Source of the DNA: an uncultured Bacilli bacterium
Lineage (GTDB): Bacteria; Bacillota_I; Bacilli_A; RF39; UBA660
Length of the DNA: 64,000 bases
NCBI GenBank assembly: GCA_947601845.1
Contig: CANQGH010000001.1
Span: forward strand, 288-64,287
Direction of reading: 5' to 3'
Part shown: piece after piece, positions 18,892-29,346 of the stretch
How positions within the stretch are numbered: the first letter of the stretch is position 1
Layout of the letters: each line of letters opens with the position of its first letter
Position numbers and translations under genes: made by a program
The notes under the pieces: generated by a model
Database searches by the model: none
What the model was told of the DNA's origin: nothing
The model's input: the letters and a program-made list of their open reading frames with translations, nothing else

Positions 18892-20295
18892 ATGAAGAAG
18901 ACTAAAATTATATGTTCCATAGGTCCTGCTAGTTGTAGTTATGAAGTAATGAGAGAGATGGTAGAAGCTGGTATGAATGCCGCTAGAATTAACTTTTCTC
19001 ATGCAACACTTGAAGAAAGGGCCGAAGTAGAAGAAGTTGTCAATAAAATTAATAATGATTTAGGAACGTCTATATCGATTATTTATGATACCAAAGGTCC
19101 TGATTTTCGAACGGGAGTTATGGCTGAAGGCGGGATTAAATTAGAAGAGGGAAAGATGATTCGTATTGCTAAAAAAGATGTTTTAGGTACGGAAGAATCA
19201 TTTACAGTTAATTATAAGAATGTTTTAAAAAGAATTAATATTGGTGATAATATCCTATTAGATGATGGGTTAATGAAATTAGAAGTTATTGATAAAGATC
19301 ATGATGATTTGATATGTAGAATTATTGCTGGTGGTATCTTGAAAAGCAAGAAAGGTATTAGTGTCCCTGGAGTTGACTTAGATATAGAATTTTTAAGTGA
19401 TGAAGATGTTAGTGATATTATTTATGCTTGTGAAAAAGATGGGGACTTTTTAGCGCTATCTTTCGTTAATAATAAGGATAATATTTTAGCTGTAAGGAAA
19501 ATATTAGAAGAACATCATTCTAATATGAAGATTATATCTAAAATTGAAAGCGGAGTAGCCCTACAAAATCTTGATGAGATTATCGAATATAGTGATGGTA
19601 TTATGGTTGCAAGAGGGGACTTAGGAGTAGAGATTCCTTGTGAAGAGGTTCCTATTGTGCAAAAAGAAATTATTAAAAAATGCCGTGAATACGGTAAAAC
19701 TTGCATTGTTGCTACTGAAATGTTAGCTAGCATGTATACATCAAGCCGCCCTACAAGAGCTGAGGTTACCGATATAGCTAATGCCGTTTTAGATGGTTGT
19801 GATACGGTCATGTTAAGTGGAGAAACAACAGTTGGTAAGTATCCTGTTGAATCAGTTCAATATATGGCTAGAATTTGTGAAAATGCCGAAAGTTATATCG
19901 ATTATAATAAAGATAGAAGAGAGGTTAATTGTGATATTACCGGCGCTATTGCTCACAGTGTGGTCTCATCAGCTAGAACGCTTGAAGCTAAACTAATCGT
20001 GGCAGCTACAATGAGTGGTTATACTGCAAGAAAGATTAGTAATTTAAAACCTAAGTGTTTAATTCTTGCTACTTGTCCTAACGAGAAGATTGCTAAAAGT
20101 CTATCTTTAGATTGGGGAGTATATCCTAAAGTAACCAATATCTATAACTCGACCGATGAAGTAACCAAGGATGCCATAGACAAAGCGAAAGAATTTACTC
20201 ATCTGGAACCAAAAGATATAATTATTGTGACAGGTAGTCTTCCTAATAATTTGAAAAATACACAAACAAATTTAATGAAAATTGAACAAATATAA
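18892..20295 (+). CDS. pyk: Pyruvate kinase.
   Basis: Full-length PK without a PEP-utiliser C-terminal extension. Conserved MVARGDLG and related motifs are present. Confidence 0.9.
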   Translation: MKKTKIICSIGPASCSYEVMREMVEAGMNAARINFSHATLEERAEVEEVVNKINNDLGTSISIIYDTKGPDFRTGVMAEGGIKLEEGKMIRIAKKDVLGTEESFTVNYKNVLKRINIGDNILLDDGLMKLEVIDKDHDDLICRIIAGGILKSKKGISVPGVDLDIEFLSDEDVSDIIYACEKDGDFLALSFVNNKDNILAVRKILEEHHSNMKIISKIESGVALQNLDEIIEYSDGIMVARGDLGVEIPCEEVPIVQKEIIKKCREYGKTCIVATEMLASMYTSSRPTRAEVTDIANAVLDGCDTVMLSGETTVGKYPVESVQYMARICENAESYIDYNKDRREVNCDITGAIAHSVVSSARTLEAKLIVAATMSGYTARKISNLKPKCLILATCPNEKIAKSLSLDWGVYPKVTNIYNSTDEVTKDAIDKAKEFTHLEPKDIIIVTGSLPNNLKNTQTNLMKIEQI

Positions 20296-20401
20296 TAAAA
20301 AAGGGTAATTATTGCATAAATAATTGCTTTTTTTTAGGTAAAAAAGATGAATATTTCAATATTTATGTTATAATAGTTCATATATAAAGAAAGTAGTAAA
20401 G

Positions 20402-21109
20402 GTGAAAAATATGAATAATATAAAAAAAATAGGTTTAGTAATATTTGTGGTGGTTAGTATTTTATCTATTTATGGATGTACTAAAAATGATAAAAATAGT
20501 GATGCTTTAAAGTTTAAAGAAGAATATGAACAATTAAATGATAAAAAGATGGGATCATCTGATAATAAATATCCTCAAGTGGCAATTGATAGCAATAATA
20601 ATGTTAAGTATGCCGATATTGATCTTTTATTAGATGTATTAAATAATGGAAGTGGTGTAATCTACTTAGGATATCCAGAATGTCCTTGGTGCCGTAATGC
20701 CGTGCCAGTATTATTGGAAGCAGCAAGTGAATTAGATATGACTGTTTATTATATGAATATGCATGATGAACGTGATACTATCAAAGTTAATGAAGATGGC
20801 AGCTTAGAAATAGTTAATGAAGGAACTGAAGGATATAAAAAATTATTGGAAAGACTAGATAGCATTTTAAGTGAATATACTTTAGAGGATGTTCATGGTA
20901 ATACTGTAAGCGCTAATGAAAAAAGAATTTATGTGCCATTAGTGATATTTGTTCGCGATGGCGAAATTGTTGGATATCATGCCGATACAGTAGAATCACA
21001 AACTAATCCATTAAAATTATTAGATAAAGATCAAAAAAATGAACTTATGGATATTTATCTTAATTTAATGCATAAAGTATTAAATGATGTATGTGACAGC
21101 GAATGTTAA
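20402..21109 (+). CDS. Thioredoxin-fold lipoprotein with a CxxC motif.
   Basis: The lipobox is LSIYGC, and the CPWC motif is in YPECPWCRNAVP. Confidence 0.5.
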   Translation: MKNMNNIKKIGLVIFVVVSILSIYGCTKNDKNSDALKFKEEYEQLNDKKMGSSDNKYPQVAIDSNNNVKYADIDLLLDVLNNGSGVIYLGYPECPWCRNAVPVLLEAASELDMTVYYMNMHDERDTIKVNEDGSLEIVNEGTEGYKKLLERLDSILSEYTLEDVHGNTVSANEKRIYVPLVIFVRDGEIVGYHADTVESQTNPLKLLDKDQKNELMDIYLNLMHKVLNDVCDSEC

Positions 21110-21120
21110 TATAATAAGTA

Positions 21121-21855
21121 GTGAGGTGGGATTATATGAGGAAATTGTTCAAAAAAATAAATAAGGATAAAATTGATAAATTTATTCTAAAAATACCTTA
21201 TATATTTATTCTATTGGTAGTGATAATTTTACCACCTCTAGGTGTATACGGCTTGGTAATAAAAGTTACTAATAATAAAAGAAAGTTATATCATAATAAA
21301 AGAATGTTAATGACTTTAGGTGTTTTTGTATTTTTTATTGTAGGTGTAGGAATTTATCGAGAAATCTGTGATATTATCGAACTATATGATAGCGGTATGT
21401 CTTTAGATATGATTAATTTTATACCGGATAATTTATATTTATATATTATTGGTATAATTATGTTTATCTCTTATATAGTTGGCGCTAGAGCATTAAAAAA
21501 ATATAGTAAAAGAGAACAAGTATATACTAAATTAATTAATATTGAGCACATTACTTCAATTGAAGAGATTAGTAACCAGTTAAATATTTCAGTAACTGAG
21601 GCTAAACGTAATATAAAGCAATTAATTGATAAAGAATTTATTATAAAAGTTAGAATAGATGATAAAAATAATACACTTCTATATGATGATAAAAAGAAGA
21701 AAGCCTCATCTAAAGAATTATCACAGTCTAAAACTAAATCACAATTACTTAAATGTCATAAATGTGGAGCCTTTGTTCCTTTAAAAGAAGATGAATATGT
21801 TGAATGTGATTTGTGTGGAAATGGTCTAATTGAATTTGATAATAGTCATAATTAA
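21121..21855 (+). CDS. Membrane protein with a central winged-helix-like segment and a C-terminal zinc ribbon (CHKCG...CDLCG).
   Basis: It has 3-4 N-terminal TM helices and two CxxC pairs at the C-terminus. Confidence 0.4.
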   Translation: MRWDYMRKLFKKINKDKIDKFILKIPYIFILLVVIILPPLGVYGLVIKVTNNKRKLYHNKRMLMTLGVFVFFIVGVGIYREICDIIELYDSGMSLDMINFIPDNLYLYIIGIIMFISYIVGARALKKYSKREQVYTKLINIEHITSIEEISNQLNISVTEAKRNIKQLIDKEFIIKVRIDDKNNTLLYDDKKKKASSKELSQSKTKSQLLKCHKCGAFVPLKEDEYVECDLCGNGLIEFDNSHN

Positions 21856-21941
21856 AAGATTGTTAAAGAACAAAATATAGTTTTGATATTATTTTCTTAT
21901 TTTTCTTAATGCTTTACATAAACTAACAAGGAGAAGTTAAT

Positions 21942-22748
21942 ATGATAGAATTGAATAATGTTTCAGCTAATTTGATTTTACCTTACGCTGATGATGCTAT
22001 TAAAAAATTGATTAAAGAACAAGGAGCTAAATCAGTAGAAGATGTATTAGCGTTAATGAAAAAATATAAAGGATATGATTATGATTGGTCTTTGGTGAGA
22101 ACAGCATATAGTTATATTAAAAGATGTATGAATCGCGCTAGCGACAAAGAACCAGAAGTATATTATACACATGGGTATAAAAATCTAGATCTCTTGATTC
22201 AAGATGAAATGAATTATGGCAATATTCTTTTATTGGAAAATGCTACTCATTATCAAACGGCCTATGTTGGATTAAAAAATAAGACAATTAGTGAGTTAAA
22301 AGCAGATTTATCACATACGATGGCAGATGGTAAAAATTATATGGTAGATAGTTGTAATTATCGAAAAATTGGACCAAGCAGGATAACAACAATAATAAAG
22401 GCGATAGAAATGTTTGAAGAGCAAATCGAAAGACAATCTCTATTATCTAAGGAGAATGGTACCAATCTATTTATATTAAATCAAAACGAAAAATTAGAAC
22501 TTGTAAATAAAACCTATACGGATATAGTTTACTATCTAATATCAAATGCTAATGAAAGACTAGTGTGGGGTATGTTATCTGAAAGGCAAAAGAAAATGTA
22601 TTTATCTTCCATTGTTAATTCTACCCAAGAAGCTAATGAAACAAAAAATAATTTAACAACTTATATAACCAACTACACAACATTACCAGAACTTGAGCAA
22701 ATAGCTAATCACGATTTAAAAGTGTTAAAAAGATTTATAGTAAAATAA
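21942..22748 (+). CDS. Hypothetical protein (268 aa, soluble).
   Basis: Clean ORF with an RBS (AAGGAGAAG). No motif was recognised. Confidence 0.4.
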   Translation: MIELNNVSANLILPYADDAIKKLIKEQGAKSVEDVLALMKKYKGYDYDWSLVRTAYSYIKRCMNRASDKEPEVYYTHGYKNLDLLIQDEMNYGNILLLENATHYQTAYVGLKNKTISELKADLSHTMADGKNYMVDSCNYRKIGPSRITTIIKAIEMFEEQIERQSLLSKENGTNLFILNQNEKLELVNKTYTDIVYYLISNANERLVWGMLSERQKKMYLSSIVNSTQEANETKNNLTTYITNYTTLPELEQIANHDLKVLKRFIVK

Positions 22749-22792
22749 AAGCACAATTTCCTTTTTTAAAGATTTGTGCTTTTTATGTGGTA

Positions 22793-23209
22793 TTAATTTT
22801 TCTTTTTCATCATCTTTTTAATATTATAAACAGTGACCATATCTACAAAATGTTCTATTTTTTCTACCTGTTCTAACTTAAATTGCTCTTTATTTAACTT
22901 TTTAAAAAAACTAGTCAATATGTTATGACGGTCTAAATAAAACTTACCTAATTTCCTCCCTTTATCTGTTAAAGAAATATGCCCATATCTTTTAAAATTA
23001 ACTATATCAAGATTATTTAATTTATTAATCATTTTAGATACTGATGAAGGTCGAACATTGAGAAGAAGAGATAAATCTTTGACAGAAATTTCTTCTTTTT
23101 TTATGGTAATGCGATACATCATTTCAATGTAATCTTCCATAGTCTCTGTAATAAAATGGTTATCTAGTCTTTTATACCCAGTTAAAGTATAATACTTTTC
23201 CTCTTCCAT
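22793..23209 (-). CDS. DtxR/MntR-family metal-dependent transcriptional repressor.
   Basis: N-terminal HTH is followed by a DtxR-like metal-binding/dimerisation region (YIEMMYRI...LDRHNILTSFF). Confidence 0.7.
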   Translation of the reverse strand: MEEEKYYTLTGYKRLDNHFITETMEDYIEMMYRITIKKEEISVKDLSLLLNVRPSSVSKMINKLNNLDIVNFKRYGHISLTDKGRKLGKFYLDRHNILTSFFKKLNKEQFKLEQVEKIEHFVDMVTVYNIKKMMKKKN

Positions 23210-23256
23210 AAGCCCATTCTCCTTATAGGTTTATACATATAGTATATTAGAGTTAG

Positions 23257-23277
23257 ATTAGGGAAACTTCTTTCCTA
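23257..23277. promoter_or_regulatory. Palindromic operator (TTAGGGAAA-CTT-CTTTCCTAA) in the divergent regulator/feoAB intergenic region. It is a candidate DtxR-family box.
   Basis: Near-perfect 9-bp inverted repeat similar in form to the DtxR/IdeR TTAGG-type box. Confidence 0.45.
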
Positions 23278-23301
23278 ATATATGAGGAGGATAAAAAGAT
23301 T

Positions 23302-23541
23302 ATGAAACAGACAAGATTATATGATGTTCCTCTTGGTAGAAAAGTTACAGTTGATAAGATTTTATCAGAAGGAAGTATTAAAAGGAGATTACTAGATATT
23401 GGTCTTACTCCTGGGACAGTTGTGTATTCAACTTTAAAAAATCCTGGTGGCAATTTGGTAGCGTATATGATTAGAGGGGCTTTAATTGCTATTCGTGATG
23501 ATGATGCTAAAAATATATTGATAAGGGGTTATTGCGAGTGA
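23302..23541 (+). CDS. feoA: Ferrous iron transport protein A.
   Basis: Small SH3-like FeoA. It overlaps the feoB start. Confidence 0.75.
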   Translation: MKQTRLYDVPLGRKVTVDKILSEGSIKRRLLDIGLTPGTVVYSTLKNPGGNLVAYMIRGALIAIRDDDAKNILIRGYCE

Positions 23542-25622
23542 AAAAAATAAACGAAGAGAAAGTAAAAATTGATAAGGTCATTGCTTTAGCAGGTAATCCC
23601 AATGTCGGAAAAAGTACGGTTTTTAATGCTTTTACTGGCTTAAATCAGCATACAGGTAACTGGCCAGGAAAGACCGTTAGTAATGCTAGTGGCACGATGC
23701 GATATAAAGATCATTATTTTAAAATATATGATTTACCAGGCACTTATTCCATTTTAGCTCACTCTGAAGAAGAAGCAGTAGCAAGAGACTTTATATGTTT
23801 TGGCGATAGTGATTTAACCGTTGTCGTTTGTGATGCTTGTACCTTAATGCGTAATTTAAACTTAGTATTACAAGTAACTGAGATAACTAGTAATGTTATA
23901 GTATGTGTCAATTTAATTGATGAAGCTAAAAAGAAAGGTATTTTTATAGATATTGCTAAATTGGAAAAATTATTGGGTGTAAAAGTAGTAGCAACAACGG
24001 CTAGAAGTGGTAAGGGTTTAGATGAATTAGCTAGTATGATTGATAAATATAGTTTTATAAAAAATAAAAATACTTTCCAAGTAGAGTATGATTCTTATTT
24101 TGAAGAGGCCATTGAAATAGTGGTTAAGGCAGTAAAGAAAAAGTTAAAAGGTAATCTTAATCCTAGATGGGTTGCTATTAATTTAATTAATGAAGATAAA
24201 GAACTATTAGAAAATATTAGTAATTATCTAGGTTATCAAATATTAGATGAAAAAGTGATAAGTGCCATTAATAAAGCTAAAATGCTTTTAATAGAACATG
24301 ATATTATGACTAATGAATTAGAAGACTTAATCGTTGCAACTATTAATAAGAAGGCAGAAGAAATAAGTAATTTAGTAACCCATTATGATAAGGAAGATTA
24401 TACTAAAAAAGATAGATGTATAGATAAAATCTTAACTAATAAATTTACGGGTATTCCTCTTATGTTATTATTATTTGCTTTTATTTTTTGGCTAACGATA
24501 GAAGGAGCTAATTATCCTTCCGCACTACTTAATAAACTACTATTTAGTATTGAGGATAATTTATTTAATTTTTGCAATTTGTTTTTACCTCGCTTTCTTT
24601 CAGATATGCTGATTCATGGTATGTATAGAACCCTTGCTTGGGTAGTATCCGTTATGTTACCACCAATGATGATATTTTTCCCATTATTTACTTTATTAGA
24701 AGATTTAGGGTATCTACCAAGAATAGCTTTTAATGTAGATAAAGTCTTTAAAAAATGTTCTTCTTGTGGCAAACAAGCCCTTACTATGGCTATGGGTTTT
24801 GGCTGTAATGCCGTAGGGGTAAGTGGTACTAGAATTATTGATTCAAAACGGGAGCGCTTAATAGCTATTCTTACTAATTGCTTTGTGCCTTGCAACGGTC
24901 GATTTCCTACTTTAATTGCTATCATTACTATGTTTATTGTAGGAATAGGAGTTGATAATTCATTACTAAGTGTCAGTATTTTAATGGGTGTTATCTTATT
25001 AGGAATATTTATGACTTTTTTAGTATCTAGTATATTATCTAGGACCCTTTTAAAAGGAGTGCCATCATCATTTACTTTAGAACTACCACCATATAGGAGA
25101 CCACAGGTAGGTAAAGTTATTATAAGATCTATTTTAGATAGAACTTTATTTGTCTTAGGTCGAGCAGTAAGTATAGCAATACCAGCAGGATTAGTTATAT
25201 GGATTATGGCTAATGTTAATATTAGTGGGGTATCTTTATTAAATCATACGGCTAATTTATTAGATCCTTTTGCTAATCTTTTAGGAATGGATGGAGTTAT
25301 CCTTCTTGCCTTTATTTTAGGGTTTCCTGCCAACGAAATCGTAATACCAATCATTATAATGAGTTATATGGCCACAGGTAGTCTTACTGATTTCAGTAAT
25401 TTATATGAATTAAAAAATTTATTAATTAATAATGGCTGGACCATATATACCGCTATTTCTGTTATGATATTTTGCTTATTTCACTTTCCATGTTCTACCA
25501 CTTGTCTTACTATAAAGAAAGAAACCAAATCAAATAAATGGACCTTATTATCCATGTTGATTCCTACTTTATGTGGTATAATCCTTTGTTTTGTATTTAA
25601 TCTAATTGTTAAAATAATATAA
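23532..25622 (+). CDS. feoB: Ferrous iron transport protein B (GTPase plus membrane permease).
   Basis: The G1 motif is GNPNVGKST, the G-domain is followed by a polytopic membrane domain, and total length is about 700 aa. Confidence 0.9.
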   Translation: MRVKKINEEKVKIDKVIALAGNPNVGKSTVFNAFTGLNQHTGNWPGKTVSNASGTMRYKDHYFKIYDLPGTYSILAHSEEEAVARDFICFGDSDLTVVVCDACTLMRNLNLVLQVTEITSNVIVCVNLIDEAKKKGIFIDIAKLEKLLGVKVVATTARSGKGLDELASMIDKYSFIKNKNTFQVEYDSYFEEAIEIVVKAVKKKLKGNLNPRWVAINLINEDKELLENISNYLGYQILDEKVISAINKAKMLLIEHDIMTNELEDLIVATINKKAEEISNLVTHYDKEDYTKKDRCIDKILTNKFTGIPLMLLLFAFIFWLTIEGANYPSALLNKLLFSIEDNLFNFCNLFLPRFLSDMLIHGMYRTLAWVVSVMLPPMMIFFPLFTLLEDLGYLPRIAFNVDKVFKKCSSCGKQALTMAMGFGCNAVGVSGTRIIDSKRERLIAILTNCFVPCNGRFPTLIAIITMFIVGIGVDNSLLSVSILMGVILLGIFMTFLVSSILSRTLLKGVPSSFTLELPPYRRPQVGKVIIRSILDRTLFVLGRAVSIAIPAGLVIWIMANVNISGVSLLNHTANLLDPFANLLGMDGVILLAFILGFPANEIVIPIIIMSYMATGSLTDFSNLYELKNLLINNGWTIYTAISVMIFCLFHFPCSTTCLTIKKETKSNKWTLLSMLIPTLCGIILCFVFNLIVKII

Positions 25623-25633
25623 AAGTCCAAAAT

Positions 25634-25665
25634 AAAAAGAATTTTTGCGAATTCTTTTTATTTTA
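25634..25665. terminator. Bidirectional terminator hairpin (AAAGAATT-tttgcg-AATTCTTT) between feoB and the convergent rhodanese gene.
   Basis: Perfect 8-bp stem flanked by A/T runs. Confidence 0.5.
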
Positions 25666-25945
25666 GTTTATACTCACTAAATCCCCCTAATACATTGATA
25701 ACTTTATATCCTTGTTTTGTTAACTGATTAGAAGCTGCCTTGCTTCTAGATCCGTGTTCACAATATATATAATATGTGTCATCTTTATTTAAATAAGTAC
25801 TGGGATTAGTAAGTAAAAAATTCATAGGAATATTTATAGAAGTAGGAATACTGCCTAAATTAAATTGATAATTATCACGGATATCAATAATTTTTGCGTT
25901 AGGAATTAATGATTTTAATTCCGTTACCGTAATATCCATAGACAT
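25658..25945 (-). CDS. Rhodanese-domain sulfurtransferase.
   Basis: The active-site loop is CEHGSRS. Confidence 0.7.
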   Translation of the reverse strand: MSMDITVTELKSLIPNAKIIDIRDNYQFNLGSIPTSINIPMNFLLTNPSTYLNKDDTYYIYCEHGSRSKAASNQLTKQGYKVINVLGGFSEYKLK

Positions 25946-26009
25946 ATGTTATACCTCCATAGTATTATATGCAGGTAAATAAATTTTTGGAACTAATAAT
26001 TAATAAATA

Positions 26010-27614
26010 CTATTTTTGAGTAGCCACTTTTTTACTTTTTTCTTCTAAGTAATTGTCATATGTGGTTTTGCGGTCAATTAATCCATCATCAGTTAATTCA
26101 ATAATACGGTTAGCAATAGTTTCTGTAAATTGGTGGTCGTGTGAAGAGAATAATAGTTCTCCCTCATACTTGATTAAACCATTATTTAGTGCGGTAATAC
26201 TTTCCAAGTCTAAGTGGTTAGTCGGTTCATCTAAAATTAAGAAGTTACCATTTTCTAACATACATTTAGAAAACATACATCTAGCTCTTTCTCCTCCAGA
26301 TAATACCGGTACTTTTTTAAAAACATCATCGCCGGAAAATAACATTCTACCTAGGAATCCTCTTAAAACGGTCTCATCATCTATTTTGTAAAAGCTACCA
26401 ATCCATTCCATAATCGTTTCATCTTTAGTAAAATACTTAGAGTTATCAATTGGATAATAACAAGGAGTTATAGTCTTGCCCCAAGTTACATGACCACTAT
26501 CTGGTTCAAGTTCTCCCATTAATATTTTAAATAGAGTAGTCTTAGCCATATCATTACTTCCTACAAAAGCAATTTTATCGCCTTTCTGCACTGTAAAACT
26601 AATATTATTTAATATTTTTTTACCATCGATTGTTTTATTTAATTTAGTAACCATCAATATTTCTTTTCCACTTGGATGTTCAATTTTAAAATCAATAAAT
26701 GGATATTTTCTAGAAGAAGGAATTATCTCATCTAATTCAATCTTTTCTAGTATTTTTTTCCTAGAAGTAGCTTGCCTTGATTTAGAAGCATTAGCAGAAA
26801 ACCTAGCAATAAATGCTTGTAATTCTTTAATTTTTTCCTCTTTCTTTTTATTAGCTTCTTTCATTTGTTTAAGTGCTAATTGGCTAGATTCATACCAAAA
26901 ATCATAATTACCCATATATAATTTTATTTTTCCATAATCAATATCAGCAATATGTGTACATACTTTATTTAAAAAATGACGATCATGTGATACTACAATA
27001 ACAGTATTATTGAAATTAATCAAAAATTCTTCTAACCAATTAATCGCATCAATATCTAAATCATTAGTAGGTTCATCTAATAATAAAATATCGGGGTTAC
27101 CAAATAAGGCTTGCGCTAGTAAAACCTTAACTTTTAATTTATTAGAAATTTCTTTCATCAGTGAATAGTGAACCTCTTCAGGTATTCCTAAGTTATTTAA
27201 TAAAGTAGCCGCTTCACTTTCTGCTTCCCATCCATTAAGTTCCATAAATTCCGCTTCTAAATTACCAAGTCTTATCCCATCTGCATCCGTAAACTCTGTA
27301 TGTGAATAAAGTTCCTCTTTCTCTTTCATAATTTGATAAAGTCTATTATTACCCATAATAACTGTATCAATTACTTTATCATTATCATATTCATAGTGAT
27401 TTTGTTTTAATACGGCAACTCGTTCCCCTTTAGTGATTATAATCTCTCCATGAGTAGTTTCTAATTCTCCTGACAAAAGTTTTAAAAAAGTACTTTTTCC
27501 AGCTCCATTCGCTCCAATTAATCCATAACAATTCCCCGCTGTAAACTTAATATTAACATTTTCAAACAAAGTTCTTTTACCAAAGGTTAATGTAACATTA
27601 TTAACTTGTATCAT
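26010..27614 (-). CDS. ABC-F family ATPase with two ABC domains and no TM domain. It is ribosome-associated / translation-factor-like.
   Basis: It has two Walker A motifs (GANGAGKST, GSNDMAKTT), two signatures (LSGG), and an inter-domain linker of about 65 aa. Confidence 0.8.
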   Translation of the reverse strand: MIQVNNVTLTFGKRTLFENVNIKFTAGNCYGLIGANGAGKSTFLKLLSGELETTHGEIIITKGERVAVLKQNHYEYDNDKVIDTVIMGNNRLYQIMKEKEELYSHTEFTDADGIRLGNLEAEFMELNGWEAESEAATLLNNLGIPEEVHYSLMKEISNKLKVKVLLAQALFGNPDILLLDEPTNDLDIDAINWLEEFLINFNNTVIVVSHDRHFLNKVCTHIADIDYGKIKLYMGNYDFWYESSQLALKQMKEANKKKEEKIKELQAFIARFSANASKSRQATSRKKILEKIELDEIIPSSRKYPFIDFKIEHPSGKEILMVTKLNKTIDGKKILNNISFTVQKGDKIAFVGSNDMAKTTLFKILMGELEPDSGHVTWGKTITPCYYPIDNSKYFTKDETIMEWIGSFYKIDDETVLRGFLGRMLFSGDDVFKKVPVLSGGERARCMFSKCMLENGNFLILDEPTNHLDLESITALNNGLIKYEGELLFSSHDHQFTETIANRIIELTDDGLIDRKTTYDNYLEEKSKKVATQK

Positions 27615-27693
27615 AAATTCCTCCTTAAGCTTTCTTAATTGTACTATAAACCATAAAAATAAGCAATTAATAATACTTAAGAAGAAATATTAC

Positions 27694-28221
27694 CTATACC
27701 GCTTTAAAATAACCATTTTGAACATATTTAGTCTCTGTAACTATAACAAAAGCCTGTCTATCAATACTTTTTACATAATTTTTAATAGTATTTAATGAAT
27801 TATTACCAATTTCTAATAGTAACATATATTTATCTGTTTTATCATCTTTACCCTTGACATTGAACTCTGTCACAGCATAACCTTTATTGCGTAACAAATC
27901 GACTAATTCATGTTTGGAGGTAATTACTTCAAAGGAAAAATTCGATTTAATAAATTTGTTTGAGATAAAGCTACCTATATATGTTCCAGTAGCAAACCCC
28001 AAAGAGTAGGAAATAGCTATCCAAATACTATCAATATCCGTATTTAAGGCTTCTCTTACAATAATAAACCAAACAAACACTTCAACAAATCCAATTAGAC
28101 TAGCATAAAGTGATTTTCCTTTAACAGTAATAATCGTTCTAAATGTTCCTAGTGATACATCTAGTATCCTTACAAAAAATATTTTAATACATAAAATTAA
28201 TAAACTCATAATCTTCACCAA
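27694..28221 (-). CDS. UPF0316/DUF2179-family membrane protein.
   Basis: It has four N-terminal TM helices and a C-terminal DUF2179-like soluble domain. Confidence 0.45.
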   Translation of the reverse strand: MVKIMSLLILCIKIFFVRILDVSLGTFRTIITVKGKSLYASLIGFVEVFVWFIIVREALNTDIDSIWIAISYSLGFATGTYIGSFISNKFIKSNFSFEVITSKHELVDLLRNKGYAVTEFNVKGKDDKTDKYMLLLEIGNNSLNTIKNYVKSIDRQAFVIVTETKYVQNGYFKAV

Positions 28222-28352
28222 TTATAGTTTTAACCAAAATGTCTATTATATATTCATAATATACAAATTTAATGTCAACTATAAAGCAATTTTATTGAAT
28301 TAGCAAAAAAATATGGATATAATGAAATTGAATATAGAATGGAAGTGGAAAC

Positions 28353-28658
28353 ATGAACAACTATAATGGGGAATGTTTAAAAAATGTAGCAGTAACAGAA
28401 TTAGAAGCGACAAATATTAAAGAAATGGGTGAACCAATTAAAGAAACCGTTTCTCATTCGACATTTGAAAAAATAAAAAAGGGAGTTAGGGCATTTATTC
28501 AAAATACGGCTAAAGCATTTGACAGATTTGATCAATTAAAAAATGGCTTATTGGAGTTAAAAAAGGGACTTGTTAATGTCAATTTAAGTATTAATATTAA
28601 ACCTACCATAGTATCAGAACAATTAGAAGATGAAGATTATCATAATAAGCAAAGATAA
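28353..28658 (+). CDS. Hypothetical small protein (101 aa).
   Basis: ORF with an RBS and no recognisable motif. Confidence 0.3.
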   Translation: MNNYNGECLKNVAVTELEATNIKEMGEPIKETVSHSTFEKIKKGVRAFIQNTAKAFDRFDQLKNGLLELKKGLVNVNLSINIKPTIVSEQLEDEDYHNKQR

Positions 28659-28761
28659 AAGATGGTAATTGTAAAAAAATAATCGTTTTTTGGGGTGAAT
28701 ATATTTGTTAATATTCTTTTAAAAAATAATAAATTGTAATATAATAATAAATGGTGATAAA

Positions 28762-29337
28762 ATGGCAGAAATGGTTGATTCTTTTATAAAATTAATAACT
28801 ACTTATTTACAACAGTTTGGAGTACCGTTTGGCATTTTACTAATTATATTAGAATCGATTATCCCAGCCTTACCCTTAGGAGTTTTTATTGCTTTTAATA
28901 TGATGGCCTTTGGTGGCGTAGTAGGGTTTATTATATCTTGGATTGCAACTTGTTTAGGATGTTTCTTATCGTATTTTGTTTTTGCTAAATATTTTAGTAA
29001 TTTCTTTTTAAGGAAAACCTCCAAAAGAGAAAAATTAAATAGGTTAATGCAAAAAATAAAGAATATTAACTTTTCTAAACTAGTTCTTATAATAGCGCTA
29101 CCTTTTACGCCAGCCTTTTTAGTTAATATTGCGTGTGGCTTAGTAAAAACCGATTATCGAAAGTTTATATCTAGTGTTGTAATTGGTAAGTTATCTATTG
29201 TATATTTTTGGGGTTTTGTTGGTAAGAGCCTATTACAAAGTGTAACGGATATTAAAACCATTATAACATTAATTATTTTATTAGGTATTGCGTATATATT
29301 GTCTAAAATTGTCAATAAGAAATTTGGTATAGATTAG
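28762..29337 (+). CDS. DedA/TVP38-family membrane protein.
   Basis: It has the SNARE-associated-like topology and a central amphipathic motif. Confidence 0.55.
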   Translation: MAEMVDSFIKLITTYLQQFGVPFGILLIILESIIPALPLGVFIAFNMMAFGGVVGFIISWIATCLGCFLSYFVFAKYFSNFFLRKTSKREKLNRLMQKIKNINFSKLVLIIALPFTPAFLVNIACGLVKTDYRKFISSVVIGKLSIVYFWGFVGKSLLQSVTDIKTIITLIILLGIAYILSKIVNKKFGID

Positions 29338-29346
29338 GAGATTTTT

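Noticed and set aside
26010-27614. ABC-F protein as an antibiotic-resistance (ARE) determinant.
   Set aside because: The linker length (~65 aa) and overall size fit housekeeping Uup/YdiF/EttA-type ABC-F proteins as well as ARE types. No resistance-gene context is present. Sequence alone cannot decide.
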